Origin: an uncultured delta proteobacterium
GTDB lineage: Bacteria; Desulfobacterota; Binatia; JACPRU01
Assembly (NCBI GenBank): GCA_963745025.1
Contig: CAVUWD010000006.1
Span: 1-64,000, forward strand
Direction of reading: 5' to 3'
DNA length: 64,000 nt
Shown in pieces: positions 51,290 through 61,955 of this stretch (positions are counted from its first letter, which is position 1; every line of letters starts with the position of its first letter). Under the pieces are notes generated by a model. It saw only the letters and a program-made list of their open reading frames with translations, did no database searches and was not told the DNA's origin. Both the position numbers and the translations under genes were made by a program.

Positions 51290-51439
51290 AACCGCCGGCG
51301 CGATCTCGCCGACGCGGAGCCCATAGGCGTACGCGAGACCGAAGAGCGTTCGATCCCGTAGATCCGAGATCGCCGCAAAGAGCGCCCGGATGTCGGCTTG
51401 CGTGAGATATGTCGGGAGCTTCGAAGACCGCCGGATCAT
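51290..51439 (-). pseudogene. Tyrosine recombinase fragment
   Basis: KLPTYLT..RDRTLF.LAY.YGLRVGE box I, then truncated. Confidence 0.65.
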
Positions 51440-51549
51440 GGCCCACCCCCTTCCCGGTCAGAAGGCGGCGAGTCTGCCGCGCAGAACTCAGCGCCCGACC
51501 AAAGCGGGCGAAGCCGCCTGCGGCGACACCACGACTGAAGTAGACCGCG

Positions 51550-52689
51550 TCACACGTCGAGCTGAAAGCGCTCGAACCGATGCAGCTCGTCTTCGATTCG
51601 TCGTTTGTTTGCGGCCGACTTGCCGCGTTTCACCCACGTCCACTGTTGCACGAGTAGCCGGCGTTGTTCGCGGTCGGTCTTGAGATCGACGAGCGCGACG
51701 ACGTCGTCATCCACCAAGACGGGCAGCGCGAAGTAACCAAAGACGCGCTGCTCTTTCGGCAGATAGGCTTCGAAGCGATGCTCGTATTCGAACAACAGCT
51801 GCACTCGCTTGCGCATGATGACCAACGGGTCGAACGGCGAGAGCAGATGAGTTACGTCGTGTTCTTGGCGCGGTGCCGAAGCGAGCAGCTCGGGCTGCCC
51901 CCAATGCTGCACGTTCTCCGCTCCGCGGATCGTGACGGCGACGAGCTCCTTCTTGCGCATCTTGCTCTCGATGAGCTTCTTGATGCCCGCTTTTCTCTTG
52001 GCGTCGAGGTGGCAAATCGAGTCGACGCTGACCACGGCCTGCGCACGCAGGGCGCGCTCGAGAAGATACGCAAGCACTTCAGGCTCTGACGCCGGCTTCG
52101 GTCGCTTGTCCCATTCGAAGTGCCGATCGGTGAGGTCGTAGGTCTTGAGCATTCCCTGGCGCTCGCTCACCATCAACAAGCCGTTGAAGAACGCCAACTG
52201 CAGCGCGCGCTTCGACGGCTTGCGACTGGCCCATGGATGGTCCTTCTCGACGAGGACGTCGTCGCCGATGTCGCGAATCGACAGCGCGCCTTGCCGTTTG
52301 ACCAGTCTCAGGACCTTGCGCAGGTCGGCAGGCTTCACCGTCTTGAACCACGACATCGGCGTCGTTTGTGAGCGTTTCATCGCGGGGGCGAAGAAGCGAA
52401 AGTCGCGGGTTGGCACGTACGAGAGCGCGTGCGTCCAGTATTCGAAGACGGTCTTGTCCCTGGATTGCGCCTGCTGCAGGTCGGCTCGCTTGTAGCGCGG
52501 GATGCGCGTGAAGAGGATGTGGTGGTGCGAGCGCTCGATCACATGAATCGTGTCGATCTGCACGTAGCCCAGGTGTTGCACTGCGGCGGTCGTCGCAGCG
52601 GGGCCTGCGCCGAAAGGATCGCGTCGATCGAGCCGCTGAGCGCGCAGCCACAGTCGCTTCGCCTGAGCTCGTGTGAACAGTTCCGACAA
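51550..52689 (-). CDS. YcaQ/AlkZ-like winged-helix DNA glycosylase
   Basis: VQIDTI (QxD), FEYWTH, LLSPFDPLV, R.FGYF.LP.L. Confidence 0.88.
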   Translation of the reverse strand: MSELFTRAQAKRLWLRAQRLDRRDPFGAGPAATTAAVQHLGYVQIDTIHVIERSHHHILFTRIPRYKRADLQQAQSRDKTVFEYWTHALSYVPTRDFRFFAPAMKRSQTTPMSWFKTVKPADLRKVLRLVKRQGALSIRDIGDDVLVEKDHPWASRKPSKRALQLAFFNGLLMVSERQGMLKTYDLTDRHFEWDKRPKPASEPEVLAYLLERALRAQAVVSVDSICHLDAKRKAGIKKLIESKMRKKELVAVTIRGAENVQHWGQPELLASAPRQEHDVTHLLSPFDPLVIMRKRVQLLFEYEHRFEAYLPKEQRVFGYFALPVLVDDDVVALVDLKTDREQRRLLVQQWTWVKRGKSAANKRRIEDELHRFERFQLDV

Positions 52690-52946
52690 GACGCCGACCC
52701 CTCGCGGCCGCGTGATGTAACGCGGCCGTGGCAGGCAGTCTAGGCGATGTGCCTTCCGATCGCCGTCGCCGTGTCCTTCCGGAAGCGGATGCCGTCGAAC
52801 CGGTAGTACGCCCGGACGAGCGGGAGGAGGTCGGTGAGGTCAGCCGGTCGAGCGACGATGATCGAGGGACGCTGTCGTAGCTCGCTCGTTCTCGAGGGTG
52901 AGCGCTCGCAGGCTTCTTTCCTTGCGTGCGGCATGATGGCGGCGGC

Positions 52947-53348
52947 TTACGCTGTCTCGGGGCTCTCGGGTGCATGGCACACGGCCTCGATGCGGTGCCC
53001 GTCGGGATCCCGGATGAAGGCGGCGTAGTAGTCGGGATGATATGCGGGGCGCAACCCGGGGCTCCCGTCGTCGCGGCCGCCGGCGCGCAGGGCGGCGGCA
53101 TGAAAGGCCCGGACCGCCTCTCGATCGACAGCGCGGAAGCAGACGTGCATACCCGGAGCCGGGGAGCCCGCGCCCGGCTCGGCGGTGATCGTGAACTCCA
53201 CGCCGAGCTGCCCGGCCATCGCACCGTAGTCCGAGCCGCGCCCCTCGAAATCGAGGATCCGGACGAGACCGAGGGGCCGCAGCGCGGCGTCGTAGAGTCG
53301 GCGGCTGCGTTCGAGGTCTGTCACACCGAGAGAAACATGGTCGAGCAT
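52947..53348 (-). CDS. VOC/glyoxalase family protein
   Basis: MLDHVSLGV..GGRDDG.PGLRP.YH..RDPDGHRIEAV. Confidence 0.9.
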   Translation of the reverse strand: MLDHVSLGVTDLERSRRLYDAALRPLGLVRILDFEGRGSDYGAMAGQLGVEFTITAEPGAGSPAPGMHVCFRAVDREAVRAFHAAALRAGGRDDGSPGLRPAYHPDYYAAFIRDPDGHRIEAVCHAPESPETA

Positions 53349-53812
53349 TGTTGGCTTCCGCGATCTACCTTTCCGAGGGACGTCACTTCTCGGAACTCGA
53401 TCTCTACGGCGATGGTTCCCAGTCATATCGAACGGGTGAATCGGAGGCATGGTCAAAGTCGGCGATCGCCGGCCGCGCGTTACCTCCATAGAAGACGTCG
53501 ACGCCATCGATCGTCGAACAAGACAGAACGACGGTCGGGCGGGAAACGGTTCTGCTACCGCCTCTCTGCTACCAAACCACCACGAATCAGGCCGAACCAG
53601 GAGCACCTGGCATCATCCGAAATCCTCGGCCGTACGCCGAGTTGGTTGCTCCTGGTTGCTCTCGGTCGGGCCCTGTAGAGAATTCGTAATTAGCAGGTCG
53701 CGCCAACCCGAAGGAAACTCCAGGTCGAGTTTGGACGCCGGCGTCCAAAGGTGATGAAACTCGGTGAATCAGGCGGTAACTATCGCATGTAACTCGCTGA
53801 TTTCACGTGATC

Positions 53813-53835
53813 GTGACGGGTTCAAATCCCGTCGC
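53813..53835 (+). other. Hairpin with a tRNA T-loop (copy 2)
   Basis: GTGACGGG-TTCAAAT-CCCGTCGC, 8-bp stem with one G-U pair. Confidence 0.6.
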
Positions 53836-53858
53836 ATTCTTGGAGACGTTTTTGAGCG

Positions 53859-54761
53859 TCAGCGGCCGCAGGCTTGCACGACGAGTTGCGCGAAACGCGG
53901 CGCGTCGTCTTCCTGGAGGAAGTGCCCGCCGCGCAAGGTGGTGTGCGGCTGGCCCTTGGTGCCGGGCACGCGCTGCAGGAACTCGCGGTCGAGCCCGCGC
54001 GTGATCGGGTCGCCGTCGCTGAAGCAGCAGATGAAGGGTTTGGTCCACTGCTCGAACACGGCCCACGCGCGGTGGTTGTCGGCGCTGCCCACGGGGCTGT
54101 AGTTCGACACCGGCACGAGCGATGGGTAGGCACGAGCCGCCGCCTTGTACTCGGCGGAGGGAAACGGCGCGTCGTAGGCTGCACGCTCGGCGCGGCTGAG
54201 CCAATGCCTGGTGCCCCCTTGCACGATCCAGCCGATCGGAAACACCGGGCTATGGCGCGAGAACGCGCGCCAGATCTTGAAGGCCGAATTAATGCGCGTC
54301 TGCTCGGTGGGCAGGCCGCCGTTGGCCAGAAGAATGCGCGCGAACCGCTCGGGCATCTCGGCGGCCAGGCGCAGGCCGATCAGCGAGCCCCAGTCCTGGC
54401 ACACGAGCGTGATCTCGCGCAGGCCCAGCGCCTCGACCCAGTGCCGGATCCACGCCACCTGGCCGGCGTAGCTATAGTCGCTGCGCTCGCTCGGCTTGTC
54501 GGACTTGCCGAAGCCGATCAGGTCGGGCGCGAGCACGCGCAACCCAGCGGCCGCGACCGGCAGGATCATGTTCCGGTACAGGTACGACCAGGTCGGCTCG
54601 CCGTGCAGCATCAGCACCGGCGGCGCGTCGCTCGGGCCTTCGTCAACGTAGTGCAGGCGCAGCTCAGGCGCGCCCTGCTGCGGGATCTGGTGGTAGTGCG
54701 GCGCGAACGGGTAGTCGGCCAGGTTCGCGAAACGCGAGTCGGGGGTACGCAGGACTTTCAT
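53859..54761 (-). CDS. Haloalkane dehalogenase
   Basis: HGEPTWSYLYR, QDWG, GHFLQED. Confidence 0.92.
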   Translation of the reverse strand: MKVLRTPDSRFANLADYPFAPHYHQIPQQGAPELRLHYVDEGPSDAPPVLMLHGEPTWSYLYRNMILPVAAAGLRVLAPDLIGFGKSDKPSERSDYSYAGQVAWIRHWVEALGLREITLVCQDWGSLIGLRLAAEMPERFARILLANGGLPTEQTRINSAFKIWRAFSRHSPVFPIGWIVQGGTRHWLSRAERAAYDAPFPSAEYKAAARAYPSLVPVSNYSPVGSADNHRAWAVFEQWTKPFICCFSDGDPITRGLDREFLQRVPGTKGQPHTTLRGGHFLQEDDAPRFAQLVVQACGR

Positions 54762-55634
54762 CGCGACAGTGCCCTCGGGACTTGGTCGGGGCTGTAGCAG
54801 TGGACAGCCGGTTCAAGAGCCGGAAAGCTATATAACGGTCGATCTCGGACGCAAGCACTCCACATACCACGCCCCCCTTCGACGGGCGCACAAGCGGATG
54901 ACTTGAGTCGGGGGCGGCGGGCCCGAGGCCGCAGGATCCTCCGCACGATCACAGGTTCCTCGATCCCCGCAGTAGGCGCAGCCGGCCGCCGCCACCCCGG
55001 CCGTACACGTAGCGGGGTGCGAGGCTGCGACGGCGCGGCAGGGAAGGACCTCGACAGCAGGGAGCAAAGACCGGCGCGAAGGTCGGCGCCGCGGCCCAAC
55101 GGCGGTCCAAAATGTAGTCAGTCCGCCGCCGTGGATTCGGCGTTCCGTTCGTGCATGACGGGGCGTGGCTATACGGTGAAGTGAGCGCAGGCTAGTATAC
55201 GGCCGTCCGTCTCTACGGTCCGCTCGAGCCGTGGTTCGGCAAGACGTGGAGCCCGGTAGAACAAGAGAGCCAAGAAAGGCCCGAGGATGAAAATGTCCGT
55301 GAGGACACTGAGTCACGCTGCAGTCATGGTTATGGGGTCTTCTCGATCTGGCTCGGCCCCAAGCCGCCTTCGGAGGACCTGAAGAAGGGGATGCTCGGCT
55401 GATTCGCCAGGAATGTTGCGGGGGTCCCTGTTGCTCAGCGGCAGCGCCGTAGCCCTGATTTTGACATGGGGCTAGGCGGAGCTGGCGGGAGAGCGAAATG
55501 AGCCACTCGCAGGCGAGAGGGTGAAAACAAGTCGTAAACCGCCGGTCACAAGCGCTGGCAAGACAAGAGCCGAGCAGGTTAAAAAGTCGACATCAGGACC
55601 GTAAATTATAATAGGCCGGAGGAGGAGGCGAGAA

Positions 55635-58375
55635 ATGGCCGATACGAGTGTCGATGTCACTGAGCAAAAACGGTTGAACGAGGCGCGCGAGGCGCAAATC
55701 CCCTGGAAGAAATGGGGACCCTACTTGAGCGAGCGGCAGTGGGGTACGGTCCGCGAGGACTACAGCGATGACGGCAACGCCTGGGACTATTTCACCCATG
55801 ACCAGGCTCGTTCACGAGCCTACCGGTGGGGCGAGGACGGGCTCGGGGGAATCTGCGATGAGAAGCAACGGCTGTGTTTTGCGCTGGCCTTGTGGAACGA
55901 GCGCGACCCGATCCTGAAGGAGCGGATGTTCGGGCTCACCAACAGCGAGGCGAACCACGGCGAGGATGTCAAGGATTACTACTTCTACCTCGACAGCACG
56001 CCGACGCACTCCTACATGAAGTACCTCTACAAGTACCCGCAGCGTGAGTATCCCTACCGCGACCTTATCGAGACCAACCGGAGGCGATCTCGGGAAGAGT
56101 GGGAGTACGAGCTGCTCGACACCGGCATATTTGACGACGATCGCTACTTTGACGTTTTTGTCGAGTACGCGAAGGAGAGCCCGGAAGACATCCTCGTCCG
56201 CATCACCGTCCACAATCGCGGACCTGAAGCGGCTCGGGTGCGTGTCCTGCCGACATTTTGGTTCCGCAATACTTGGTCCTGGGGAGATGACGATCGAAAG
56301 CCTTCGCTGCGCGAGGCGGGGCCGGGCGTCATTCAAGCCGCACACAGTGAGCTCGGCGAGTACTGGATGCATTGCGATGGCAGCCCCGGAGTTGCTCTTC
56401 ACCGAGAACGAGAGCAACGCGCAGCGTCTGTGGGGCCAGCCCAATGCTTCTCCCTACGTCAAGGACGCGTTCCACCAGTACATCATCTCGGGACGCAGCG
56501 AAGCGGTGAATCCCGCCAAGGCGGGGACCAAGGCCGCGGCCCACTATGTCCTCGAGGTGCCCGGCGGCGGCAGCAAGACCATCCGTCTCCGACTGGCGGC
56601 CGCCAAGATAAAAGATGCCTTTGGCGGTTTCGAAGAGATATTCAAAAGCCGGATCGCCGACGCAGACGAATTCTACGATCGGATTACGCCGAATTCGCTG
56701 AACGAAGATCAGCGCCGAGTGCACCGGCAGGCGCTGGCGGGAATGCTGTGGGGCAAGCAGTACTACTACTTCGACCTGGAGCAGTGGCTGCGCGAGCACA
56801 AGAGCCATCCGCTGCTCGAATCCGTCCGCCATGACGTGCGCAACACGGAATGGTTCCACATGCTCAACAGCGACGTGATCTCCATGCCGGACAAGTGGGA
56901 GTACCCGTGGTATGCGGCCTGGGACCTGGCTTTTCATACGATTTCCCTGTCGCTGGTGGATTTCGATTTTGCCAAGGAGCAGCTGCTGCTGATGCTGCGA
57001 AGCCTCTACTTCCACCCGAGCGGGCAGATCCCGGCCTACGAGTGGAACTTCAGCGACGTCAATCCGCCGGTGCACGCCTTGGCCACGCTCTACCTGTACA
57101 GGTACGAGCGGTCGCTCGGCCGGGCGGACCTGCGTTTCCTGGAGCGCTCGTTTCAAGGATTGATGCTGAACTTCAACTGGTGGGTCAATCGCAAGGATCC
57201 GGCCGGGCGCAACGTCTTCGCCGGCGGCTTTCTGGGCCTCGACAACATTGGCGTCTTCGACCGCAGCGCGCAGCTGCCGACGGGCGGCTCGCTGGAACAG
57301 GCGGACGGCACCGCCTGGATGGCGTTCTACTGCCAGAACATGTTGGAGATGGCCCTGATACTTTGCGAATACGACCCGATGTACGAGGAGATCGCCTTCA
57401 AGTTCGTGCAGCATTTCATGTGGATCGCCTATGCCATGGATCGCCGCGGCGAGCATCACGATGAGATGTGGGATGAGCAGGACGGATTCTTTTACGATCT
57501 ACTGCGGCTCCCCGACGGCCAGGCGATGCGTCTAAAGGTGAGATCGCTGGTCGGGCTGTTGCCGTTGTGCGCGTCCACGGTGTTCGAGCCGGATTTTGTC
57601 GGGCGCTTTCCGCGGCTGATGGAAATGATCGGCCTGTTTCGCAAGCGCCATCCCGAGTTGATTTCCCACGTCGCCCCGACCGACGCCGGTTTCACTCGGT
57701 TATAAAGAACGGCGGCTGTTGTCGATCCTCAACAAGAATAAGCTCGAGCGCGTGCTCGCCTACATGCTCGACGAGAACGAGTTTCTCGGGCCGCACGGCA
57801 TTCGCTCTCTCTCGCGCTATCACCTGGAGCATCCGTTCGTGTTTCACGTCGGTGGTCAGGAATACAGAGTCCAGTACCTGCCGGCGGAATCGAATACCGG
57901 GATGTTCGGCGGCAACTCCAACTGGCGGGGGCCGGTGTGGATGCCGGTCAATACGCTGATCGTGCGGGCGCTCTTGAACCTGTACAGCTTCTACGGCGAT
58001 GAATTCAAGGTACAGTGTCCGACTGGTTCGGGGCGGTACATGACACTGTTCGAAGTGGCGGAGGAGATTGTCCGCCGGCTGGCGGGCACGTTCCTACGTG
58101 ATGCCGATGGGCGACGGCCGGTCTACGGCGGTACAGCCAAGTTCCAGGAAGATCCGCACTGGCGCGATCTGATTCTATTTTACGAGTATTTCCACGGTGA
58201 CAACGGCGCGGGGCTCGGGGCCAGCCACCAGACGGGCTGGACCGCTCTGGTGGCTCCCCTCCTGGACATCTTCGGGCGTGTCGATGCCAAACGCGCGCTC
58301 GAGAGCGAGCGCGGGGCCGTGGTCAGCCGGCTTATGAGGGAGCAAGTGGGCGGGGAAAAGGCGGGCGGGAAATAG
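55635..58375 (+). pseudogene. GH63-like (MGH1 family) glucosidase with two single-base frameshifts
   Basis: [41 protein letters not shown] and GASHQTGWT lie in three frames, with shifts near 56385 and 57695. Confidence 0.85.
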
Positions 58376-58607
58376 GAGTCGAATATTTGGGGGGATAGCC
58401 GCTGCAAGGGCCAGCTCCTCGCAATGACAGGATCATTCATCTCCCTACGAAGTGGGGAAGTTATGAAATGCCTAATCCAAGACACGGAGCTGCCGAAGTG
58501 GGAGGTATGACCGAAAGTTGTGGATCGTGGAATCATCTACAGCAACGGTTAAGTAATGACGGCGACAATCTGAGGGAATTGGAGCGCGCGACCGGGGTCG
58601 AACTGGC

Positions 58608-60836
58608 TCACGCGACGGGGATGTTCGCACGCTCCTGCGCTCGCTCGAAGTATTCGGCTGCGGCGCGAAAGGCCCCCGCCGCGCGCTCGAAAGTGTCAAA
58701 CGTCGCGAGCCCCCGCGCGCGCGCAAGCGCGCTCGCCTCGGTCACGATCGCGGACCGGATGTCGGGCGGCACGTGCTGGGATTCGACCGCGATCGCAAAC
58801 GGCTTGCGCGCGCGCTGCGCAAAGCGCGCGAGCCCATCCAACAGCGGAATGTTCTCCCGCACATCGATCGGCCGTCTGACACCTCCGAATCCCGGTCCCG
58901 GTCGGAACTCCATCACGATCGCATCGACGACGGGATCACGGTCCAGAATGTCGAGTACGCGATCGACGTTGCCTTGGCCGCCGCCCGCACTTCCGAGCGT
59001 CCACGCCGCGTCAAACGGATTGCGGTAACTGCCGCCGATCACCTGGAAAAAGCTCTTGAGCTCGGCGTACGAAGATTCCGACAGGTCCGGAACTTTGAGC
59101 CCGTGGGTGGCGAAAGTGTCGCTGATCACAACCGACTGTCCACCGGTCATCGCGACCAGCGCCATCCCGCGCCCCTTCACCGGCCGCGCTCGGGTCAACA
59201 GCTCGATCGCGTCTAGCATCGGCTCAAGCCCGGCCACTTCAACCGCGCCGCTCTGGCGCATCACCGCACGCCACACGGCCGCCGGCGTCGCAAGCGATCC
59301 GGTATGCGAGAACGTCGCGCCGGCGCCCGAATCCGTGACGCCACCCTTCCACACGAGCACCGGCACCCGCACCGTGGCGCGCCTTACACTCTCGAAGAAG
59401 CGCCGCCCGTCGCGCACTCCCTCCAGATAGATGCCGACCGCGCGGGTCGCCGGGTCCGACGCCATCACGTCGAGGTAGTCCGGGGCCTCCAGCACGAGCG
59501 CATTGCCTATCGACGCCGACATGCCAACCTTGATTGCGCGCCCCGGCGCCTGCATGCAGAAACTAATCGCGTGCGTGCCGCTTTGCGAGATGAAGCATAC
59601 GTCGCCCGGTTCGCCGGAAGGCAGGTTCGCGGAGTTCAGCAGTCCCAATCCCGGATTGCACAGGCCCATGCAGTTGGGACCGATCAGCGCGATATCCGAG
59701 CGCGAGGCAATCTCCTTGAGTTCCGCTTCGAGTTCTATGCCGATCTGTTCCCCGGTTTCAGAGAACCCGGCGGTAAAGAATCCAATACCCGCGACCCCGG
59801 CCGCGGCGGATTCGGCGAGCGTCTGCGGTGCAACCTTTCGAGGGACGGCCACGATCGCGTAGTCGATCGGTTCGCCGATCTCCGAGACGGAGCGAAAATT
59901 CTTCACGCCAAGCGCCTCGATCTCCGCGGCGTCCTTCGCGTCGGGCTGTACGGAAAGGCGCTTGCCTTTGAAGCTGTCGAGCGCGTGCAGCCACATGAAG
60001 TCGCGCGTGGCGCGATCGCCAATCACGACCGCGGTGCGAGGCTTGAGGGCGCGCCGCAGATTCTCGCGCCGACGCGCTTGAAGCGCGGCCTCGGCGTCCG
60101 GCGATCCTCCACGCTCATCACCTTCGGCCCTTTGCTCTAGCAGGATGCGCGCGTCGAGCACGCTCAGGCCCGACGGGTAAACGGCGACCGGATTCAGGTC
60201 CATCTCCTTGATCTCGGGCCGGTCCACGGCGAAGCGGGAAATCCTCGCCAGCAGCGACGCCATCGCCCCGCGATCGACCCCCGCTCTCCCGCGCACACCA
60301 TCAAGCAGAGCCGAGCCTCGCAATTCCGCGAGCATCGCCACAGCCTCGCGCTCGTCGATGGGCGCGATCCTGACGGCCGTGTCCCTCAACACTTCAACGA
60401 ACACTCCGCCAATCCCGACCATCACCATCGGGCCGAACTGCGAATCGCGCGTGATGCCCGCCAGCAGTTCGAGTCCCCCCGCCGCCGCCATGGCCTGCAC
60501 GGCGACTCCTTCGAAACGCGCCTCGGGAGCTCGCTGCGAAAGACTTGCGCGAATCCGGTGGAAGGCGTCGCTGACCTCTACCTCGGAACCGAGGCCCAGC
60601 GCGACGCCGCCGACGTCGCTCTTGTGAGTGATATCGGGTGACACCACCTTGAGCGCGACCGGAAAGCCGCACCGCGCGGCCAGCCTCGCGGCCTCCTGTG
60701 CGCCGTGGGCCAACTCAGCCATCTGAGTCCTGATGCCCATCGCTTCAAGGATGCCCTTGGATTCGATTTCGGAAAGCGCGCTGCGGCGCTCGGCCGCGGC
60801 GCGAGCGATGGTTTCATCCATGGTGTTCGAGCTCAC
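58608..60836 (-). CDS. ADP-forming acyl-CoA ligase, ATP-grasp domain first
   Basis: HKSDVGGV, EMDLNP, IGPNCMG, SQSG, SHTGSLA. Confidence 0.9.
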   Translation of the reverse strand: MSSNTMDETIARAAAERRSALSEIESKGILEAMGIRTQMAELAHGAQEAARLAARCGFPVALKVVSPDITHKSDVGGVALGLGSEVEVSDAFHRIRASLSQRAPEARFEGVAVQAMAAAGGLELLAGITRDSQFGPMVMVGIGGVFVEVLRDTAVRIAPIDEREAVAMLAELRGSALLDGVRGRAGVDRGAMASLLARISRFAVDRPEIKEMDLNPVAVYPSGLSVLDARILLEQRAEGDERGGSPDAEAALQARRRENLRRALKPRTAVVIGDRATRDFMWLHALDSFKGKRLSVQPDAKDAAEIEALGVKNFRSVSEIGEPIDYAIVAVPRKVAPQTLAESAAAGVAGIGFFTAGFSETGEQIGIELEAELKEIASRSDIALIGPNCMGLCNPGLGLLNSANLPSGEPGDVCFISQSGTHAISFCMQAPGRAIKVGMSASIGNALVLEAPDYLDVMASDPATRAVGIYLEGVRDGRRFFESVRRATVRVPVLVWKGGVTDSGAGATFSHTGSLATPAAVWRAVMRQSGAVEVAGLEPMLDAIELLTRARPVKGRGMALVAMTGGQSVVISDTFATHGLKVPDLSESSYAELKSFFQVIGGSYRNPFDAAWTLGSAGGGQGNVDRVLDILDRDPVVDAIVMEFRPGPGFGGVRRPIDVRENIPLLDGLARFAQRARKPFAIAVESQHVPPDIRSAIVTEASALARARGLATFDTFERAAGAFRAAAEYFERAQERANIPVA

Positions 60837-61153
60837 GACTCTCGACTTATAGGCGAGCGCTCAACTTGACAAGAATCCGGCGGCCGTTCAGTCGGCGCCA
60901 CGACTACGGTAGCGCACCCGCTCAGAAGCTGCCCTTCTCCAGTCCGCTCCCAAGTCCCCTCCTACCGCGCCTGAGCGAGTATGCAGAGGGGTCAGCTGCA
61001 GGTGAGGGTGTGCGGTCGTGGGTTCGGATCGGGTGTCCGATCGGTTCAACCGTACCGATGGCAAAACCGCGTTGGTGATCTGCCGGCCGGTTGGTCCGCC
61101 GAGGGCGGGCCGTGGTAGCTTTCCCCGGATCGAAGCGAAGGGGGAGAGCGAGC

Positions 61154-61816
61154 ATGAGCGAAACGAACGTAGGGCGGACGCTGGGGGCGGTCTTCTACGA
61201 GGGCTTCGAGCTGCTCGACGTCTACGGGCCGCTCGAGATGTTCGGAAGTGTCGGCGCCCAGCTGCGCATCGTCACCGTCGCCGAACGAACCGGGCCGGTG
61301 GCGTCGTTCCAGGGCCCGCGGACGGTGGCGGAGTTCGATTTCGCGAGCGCTCCGAAGCTCGATCTGATCCTGCTGCCGGGTGGGTTCGGCACGATGCGCG
61401 AGCTAGAGAACCCGGCGATGATCGACTTCCTGCGGCGGCGGTCGGCTTCGGCCGAGGTCACGATGTCGGTCTGCACGGGCTCGGCGATCCTCGCCCGGGC
61501 GGGGTTGCTCGACGGGCGGCGTGCGACGTCAAACAAGCAGTTCTTCGACCTGGCGCGGAGCCAAGGGCCGGCGGTCAACTGGGTGGAAGAGGCGCGCTGG
61601 GTTGAGGACGGGCCGTTCGCCACCTCTTCGGGGGTCTCGGCCGGGACGGACATGGCGCTCGCGGTGATCGCCCGGCTCTATGGCAGGTCGGCGGCGCAGC
61701 AGATCGCCGACTGGACCGAGTACGAGTGGCAGTCCGATCCGAGCAGAGACGCATTCGTGCGGTTCCTCAACCAGGGGAACGCCGAAGAGATCCTGCGGCG
61801 AATGGGGCGGGGATAG
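61154..61816 (+). CDS. DJ-1/PfpI family protein
   Basis: FELLDVYGP.E, PGG.G, SVCTG, TSSGVSAG.D. Confidence 0.9.
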   Translation: MSETNVGRTLGAVFYEGFELLDVYGPLEMFGSVGAQLRIVTVAERTGPVASFQGPRTVAEFDFASAPKLDLILLPGGFGTMRELENPAMIDFLRRRSASAEVTMSVCTGSAILARAGLLDGRRATSNKQFFDLARSQGPAVNWVEEARWVEDGPFATSSGVSAGTDMALAVIARLYGRSAAQQIADWTEYEWQSDPSRDAFVRFLNQGNAEEILRRMGRG

Positions 61817-61955
61817 AGCGGAGAGACATGGCGAGCGTGGCGAGAATTCTCGTGGCCAGGGGCCCTTGCGGCTCGAGCGGCGGCTGCACGGGCTCTGCCA
61901 AAGGCACCGCCACATGCTCGCATTCGGACTCGCGACGAGAGTAGTGTCCGTGCGC

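Noticed and set aside
55330-55530. Possible cobalamin riboswitch or ncRNA (GCCACT motif, TAGCCC..GGGCTA hairpin)
   Set aside because: The GGGAA and B12-box elements are missing and the downstream gene is unrelated.
56380-57720. Programmed frameshifting in the GH63 gene (also considered for ppa)
   Set aside because: No slippery heptamer at the junctions. Single extra bases explain the shifts.
58415-58490. CTCCTCGCAATGAC, resembling half of a palindromic repeat family
   Set aside because: Only one arm is present and I found no second copy in the window.
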